Source: Tubulanus polymorphus
Taxonomy: Eukaryota > Animalia > Nemertea
Assembly: GCF_964204645.1 (NCBI RefSeq)
Contig: NC_134033.1
Location: forward strand, 9,122,655-9,186,654
Direction of reading: 5' to 3'
DNA length: 64,000 bases
The notes under the pieces are model-generated. The model worked only from the letters and a program-made list of their open reading frames with translations, made no database searches and was not told the origin of the DNA. Each line of letters begins with the position of its first letter. Positions within the stretch are counted from its first letter, which is position 1. Positions 60,549 to 64,000 of this stretch are shown piece after piece. A program made the position numbers and the translations under genes.

Positions 60549-61796
60549 ATGAGTGGGAGTTATATAAGTCCTTCTAAGATATCTAGAATATCTAATGCTA
60601 TTAAAGCAGGAAGATCGCATCATATAGTTACTCATAACCCTTCTAATATTAATCCCGATGAAACTTTATATGTTAGAATTCCTAGATTAACACAAAATAC
60701 TTTTTATGTTCCAAATAGTATTTATTTATCAGCTGATATAAAAGTAATTGGTCATGATAATAATTATGTTGTTGATAATGTTGGGAGATATTTGATTAAA
60801 AAATTAACTATAAAGATTGGTCCAGAAACAGTTTTCTCATTAGATGATTATAATTTATTTATGCATTATAAAGATTTATGGTTAACTAAAGAAAATAGAA
60901 ATAATATGATATTTCAGGGTATTCAATCGGAAAACCATAATAAATTAAGATCTGAAGCCAATAATGCAGTAGCAACTAATGCTGTAGATAATTTGATAAA
61001 AAAGATTTATGGAAGCAAATATAAAATTCCATTAGACTTTGAATTGATAAATAATAATGCACCTTTATATAAATATGTTATTCAAGAAGATATTATATTT
61101 GAGATAACATTTGCGCCTGTAAATGAAATTGTATTATCTAGCGTTGTTAAAGATATGGGTTATAAATTATCAAATATATGTTTAGAATATGACACAGTAA
61201 CTAATGAAAATATTGCTAGCACAATTCAAACTCAATACAATCAAGGATTTTCATTATTATATGATTATATTGATAAATTTAAAACTGTAACTATTAATGC
61301 AAATGATGAAATAATTAATGAGAATATTAACTTCCCAAGAAGATCTATTAAAGGTATATTAATATTTTTTACCATTGCAACATATTCTAATGGTGCAATA
61401 AAGGTAGATAATTATTATAATCCTGAAATAACAAAAGTAGAAATAACTATCGAAGGAATAGCAAATAAAATATTTTGTCAAGGAATGAGAATGATAGATC
61501 AATGGCCAGAAATTAGAAAACATTTTATGAATGAAAAAGTAAAATCATTTGAAAATTGTAATATTAATCAAATTGATTATTATACCGGCAATAAATATGC
61601 ATTATGGTTAGATTTTAGAACAACAGAGGATAATTCATTACATGGTTCTGGGAAAAAACTACAGAACACTAAAGATGGAATATAATTATTTATGAAAAAG
61701 AAAAAAGGAAGCTTAAATTTTAAAATGCACATTTATATTATATCTGACGCACAATTAAATATTGTAAATTCACAATTAGATAGTATTCAATATTAG
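60549..61796 (+). pseudogene. Major capsid protein, nonsense codon at 61683-61685
   Basis: Colinear with 6920-8167, which has CAA at that codon. Confidence 0.8.
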
Positions 61797-61826
61797 AAAT
61801 ATAAAGTTAAAATTAAGGATATATAA

Positions 61827-62947
61827 ATGGGTGGTAAAAAAAACTCCTAATACTAAGGAACAATATTTAAGAAATTTATATTACAACCCTGAGAGTTCGG
61901 TTGCTTATTCTTCTACCAAAAATATATGGCGTCAAGTAAAACAAGATAAATTAGATAAGATAATCCCACAAAATTTAGTTAAATATAAAGATATAAATGA
62001 ATTTATGTTAGGACAACCAACATACACAACACATAAAAAAATTGTTAGAAAATATAAAACTCGTAAAACTATGGTAAGTTGTGTAGATCAACAGTGGCAA
62101 GGAGATTTAATTGATATGAAAAATGTTAAGAAAGATAATGATGATTATTGGTGGTTATTGAATATAATTGATATTATTAGTCGTTATGTATGGAGCTTCC
62201 CACTTTATAGAAAAGATACTGTACAAACATCAAATGTTTTAAGAAAATTTCTTTCGGATGATAAACTAAAACCAGAAAAAATACAATGGAAAAGAGTTTG
62301 ATAATTCACTTGTTCATGAACTCTTAGAAAATCATAATATTAAATATTTTTCAACAAAATCGGATAAAAAAGCGGCAGTTGTTGAACGATTTAACAGAAC
62401 ATTAAGAACAAGAATGTGGAAATATTTTACAGCAAATAATACTTTTAAATGGATTGATGTTTTACCAAAATTGATAGAAGGATATAACAATTCTTATCAT
62501 TCTCCTATTGGAATAAAACCTATTGATGCTAGAAAACCTGAAAATGCTGAAATTGTTTGGAATAATTTATATGGAGCATTTCTTGTAGATGATTTTGGTG
62601 AACCTAAATTAAAAGTTGGTCAAAATGTTTGAATTTCTAAGTATAAAAAGATATTTGACAAAGGATACGATCGAAATTTTACTAGGGAAATATATAAAAT
62701 AAAAAAGGTAATAACAACAAAACCATATGTCTATAGATTAGAAGATTTAAATGGTGAAGAAGTTGATGGGTATTTTTATGAAGAAGAATTGAGTTTAACT
62801 ACTGAAAATCTAGAACAAGAATATAAAATTGAAAAAGTATTAAAAACAAAAACTGTTAAAAGAAAAAAATATTCTTTAGTAAAATGGGTTGGATGGCCAG
62901 ATAAATTTAATGAATGGATATTATCAAGTAAAATTAAAAATATATAA
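61827..62947 (+). pseudogene. rve integrase with chromodomain, disrupted
   Basis: WQGDLID, IDIISRYVW, VERFNRTL, LVKWVGWPDKFNEWI; frameshifts and TGA at 62630. Confidence 0.9.
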
Positions 62948-63556
62948 ATGAATAAGGAATTATTTATATTTGAACCTCATAATAGGTTAATTTCTGGTGT
63001 AACAAATTGTGGAAAAACTTATTTTATATTAAATTTATTAGAAACTGTTTATGAAAACTATTTTGATAATATAGTATTATTTTGTCCAACATGTGAATTT
63101 AATCAAACTTATGATAGAAATATTACTAGAAATAATAAATTTATTATATTAGATCCTAAAACAGTAAAAGAAAATTTAGATAATTGTATAAAAATAGCAA
63201 TTGATATTTATAAAGGATCAAATACATTATTTATCATAGATGATTGCGCAAATTTACATGATTCAAAAGTTAGAGAAAGTGAGTTATGCTATTTAGCTTT
63301 TTCTGGCAGACATTTTGGGATAACAACATGGGTTTTAAATCAAAAATATAATTCAATTGTTAAAGACTTTAGAGAAAACATTAGATTTCTAGTTTTATTC
63401 TACAATATGGATAGAAAATCGATGAAAAATGCACTTGAGGAAAATGATATTATTCCACATGATTTACATAATGAATATATGGATAAGTTGAAAAATATTA
63501 AAAGATCAAAATTACTATTTAGATTACAACACCCATTTAAATATGAATTTATTTAA
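62948..63556 (+). CDS. A32/FtsK-HerA packaging ATPase
   Basis: GVTNCGKT, LFIIDD, SGRH. Confidence 0.93.
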   Translation: MNKELFIFEPHNRLISGVTNCGKTYFILNLLETVYENYFDNIVLFCPTCEFNQTYDRNITRNNKFIILDPKTVKENLDNCIKIAIDIYKGSNTLFIIDDCANLHDSKVRESELCYLAFSGRHFGITTWVLNQKYNSIVKDFRENIRFLVLFYNMDRKSMKNALEENDIIPHDLHNEYMDKLKNIKRSKLLFRLQHPFKYEFI

Positions 63557-63732
63557 ATTCAACTAGCTTGTTAATCTAGTTGAATTCTAGTTACATTCTA
63601 GTTGAATTCTAGTTATTGGTAGTTGTAACAAAAATCAACTAGATTTAAAAATATTTTAACTAGCTTGTTAATCTAGTTGAATTCTAGTTGAATTCTAGTT
63701 GCAACATCACAACTAATTTTTTTGTTATATAA

Positions 63733-64000
63733 AAGGTAGGTGAAAAGAAAATAAAATCTAAAAATGGTGATGCTCCAATTGAAAAAACTTTAGATGATTT
63801 AGGAATAACAGAAAACAAATTAATTCCAGATGGTTGTGCTTTAAATAATGTTACAACAAATAATAATTATGAATATTATCTTTACTGTAAACATTTTTTT
63901 CGGTAAAAATTTAACTTATAATGAATTAGACACAATGAAATCAGATGAAATTATTAGATTATTTAAGATTTATGAAGCCGCGAGAACAGCTAGAATTAAT
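63733..64000 (+). pseudogene. Homologue of 11336-11938; start apparently mutated (TATAAAAGG for TATAAATGG), internal deletion, runs off the window
   Basis: IEKTLDDLGI, YEYYLYCKH, FKIYEAARTARIN. Confidence 0.75.

Larger units (their letters stand above)
47958..64000 (+). mobile_element. Polinton/Maverick element 2, decayed, continues beyond the window
   Basis: pPolB, penton, MCP, integrase and ATPase homologous to element 1; no left TIR recognised, so the start is approximate. Confidence 0.93.

Noticed and set aside
47958-64000. Element 2 as an assembly duplicate of element 1
   Set aside because: Different gene order, intein presence, accessory genes and independent lesions.

Overview
Animal (probably marine invertebrate) genomic DNA. 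Two related, very AT-rich, decayed endogenous Polinton/Maverick viruses lie in the same orientation at 1-15339 and about 47958-64000. Each has a protein-primed PolB, a penton-like and a double-jelly-roll capsid gene, several membrane proteins, an rve+chromodomain integrase and an A32/FtsK packaging ATPase; no adenain-type maturation protease was recognised in the parts inside the window. Between them are a minus-strand Gypsy LTR retrotransposon with an extra SGNH-esterase-like ORF behind a splice acceptor, an L2/CR1-group LINE remnant, a second Gypsy fragment, and a complete 6-exon host TCTP (TPT1) gene missed by the ORF track, whose introns contain many MITEs and Helentron-like elements. Highlights: (1) the second Polinton's PolB carries a LAGLIDADG homing-endonuclease intein in the catalytic YFD/TDS motif, and the first Polinton carries the empty allele; (2) almost every viral gene starts at TAAATG with one of two upstream architectures resembling poxvirus late (T-run) and intermediate (A-run) promoters. 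Together these suggest, by inference, a virophage-like Polinton that uses and exchanges genes with a cytoplasmic large DNA virus. All family calls come from motif recognition by eye; no database search was run.
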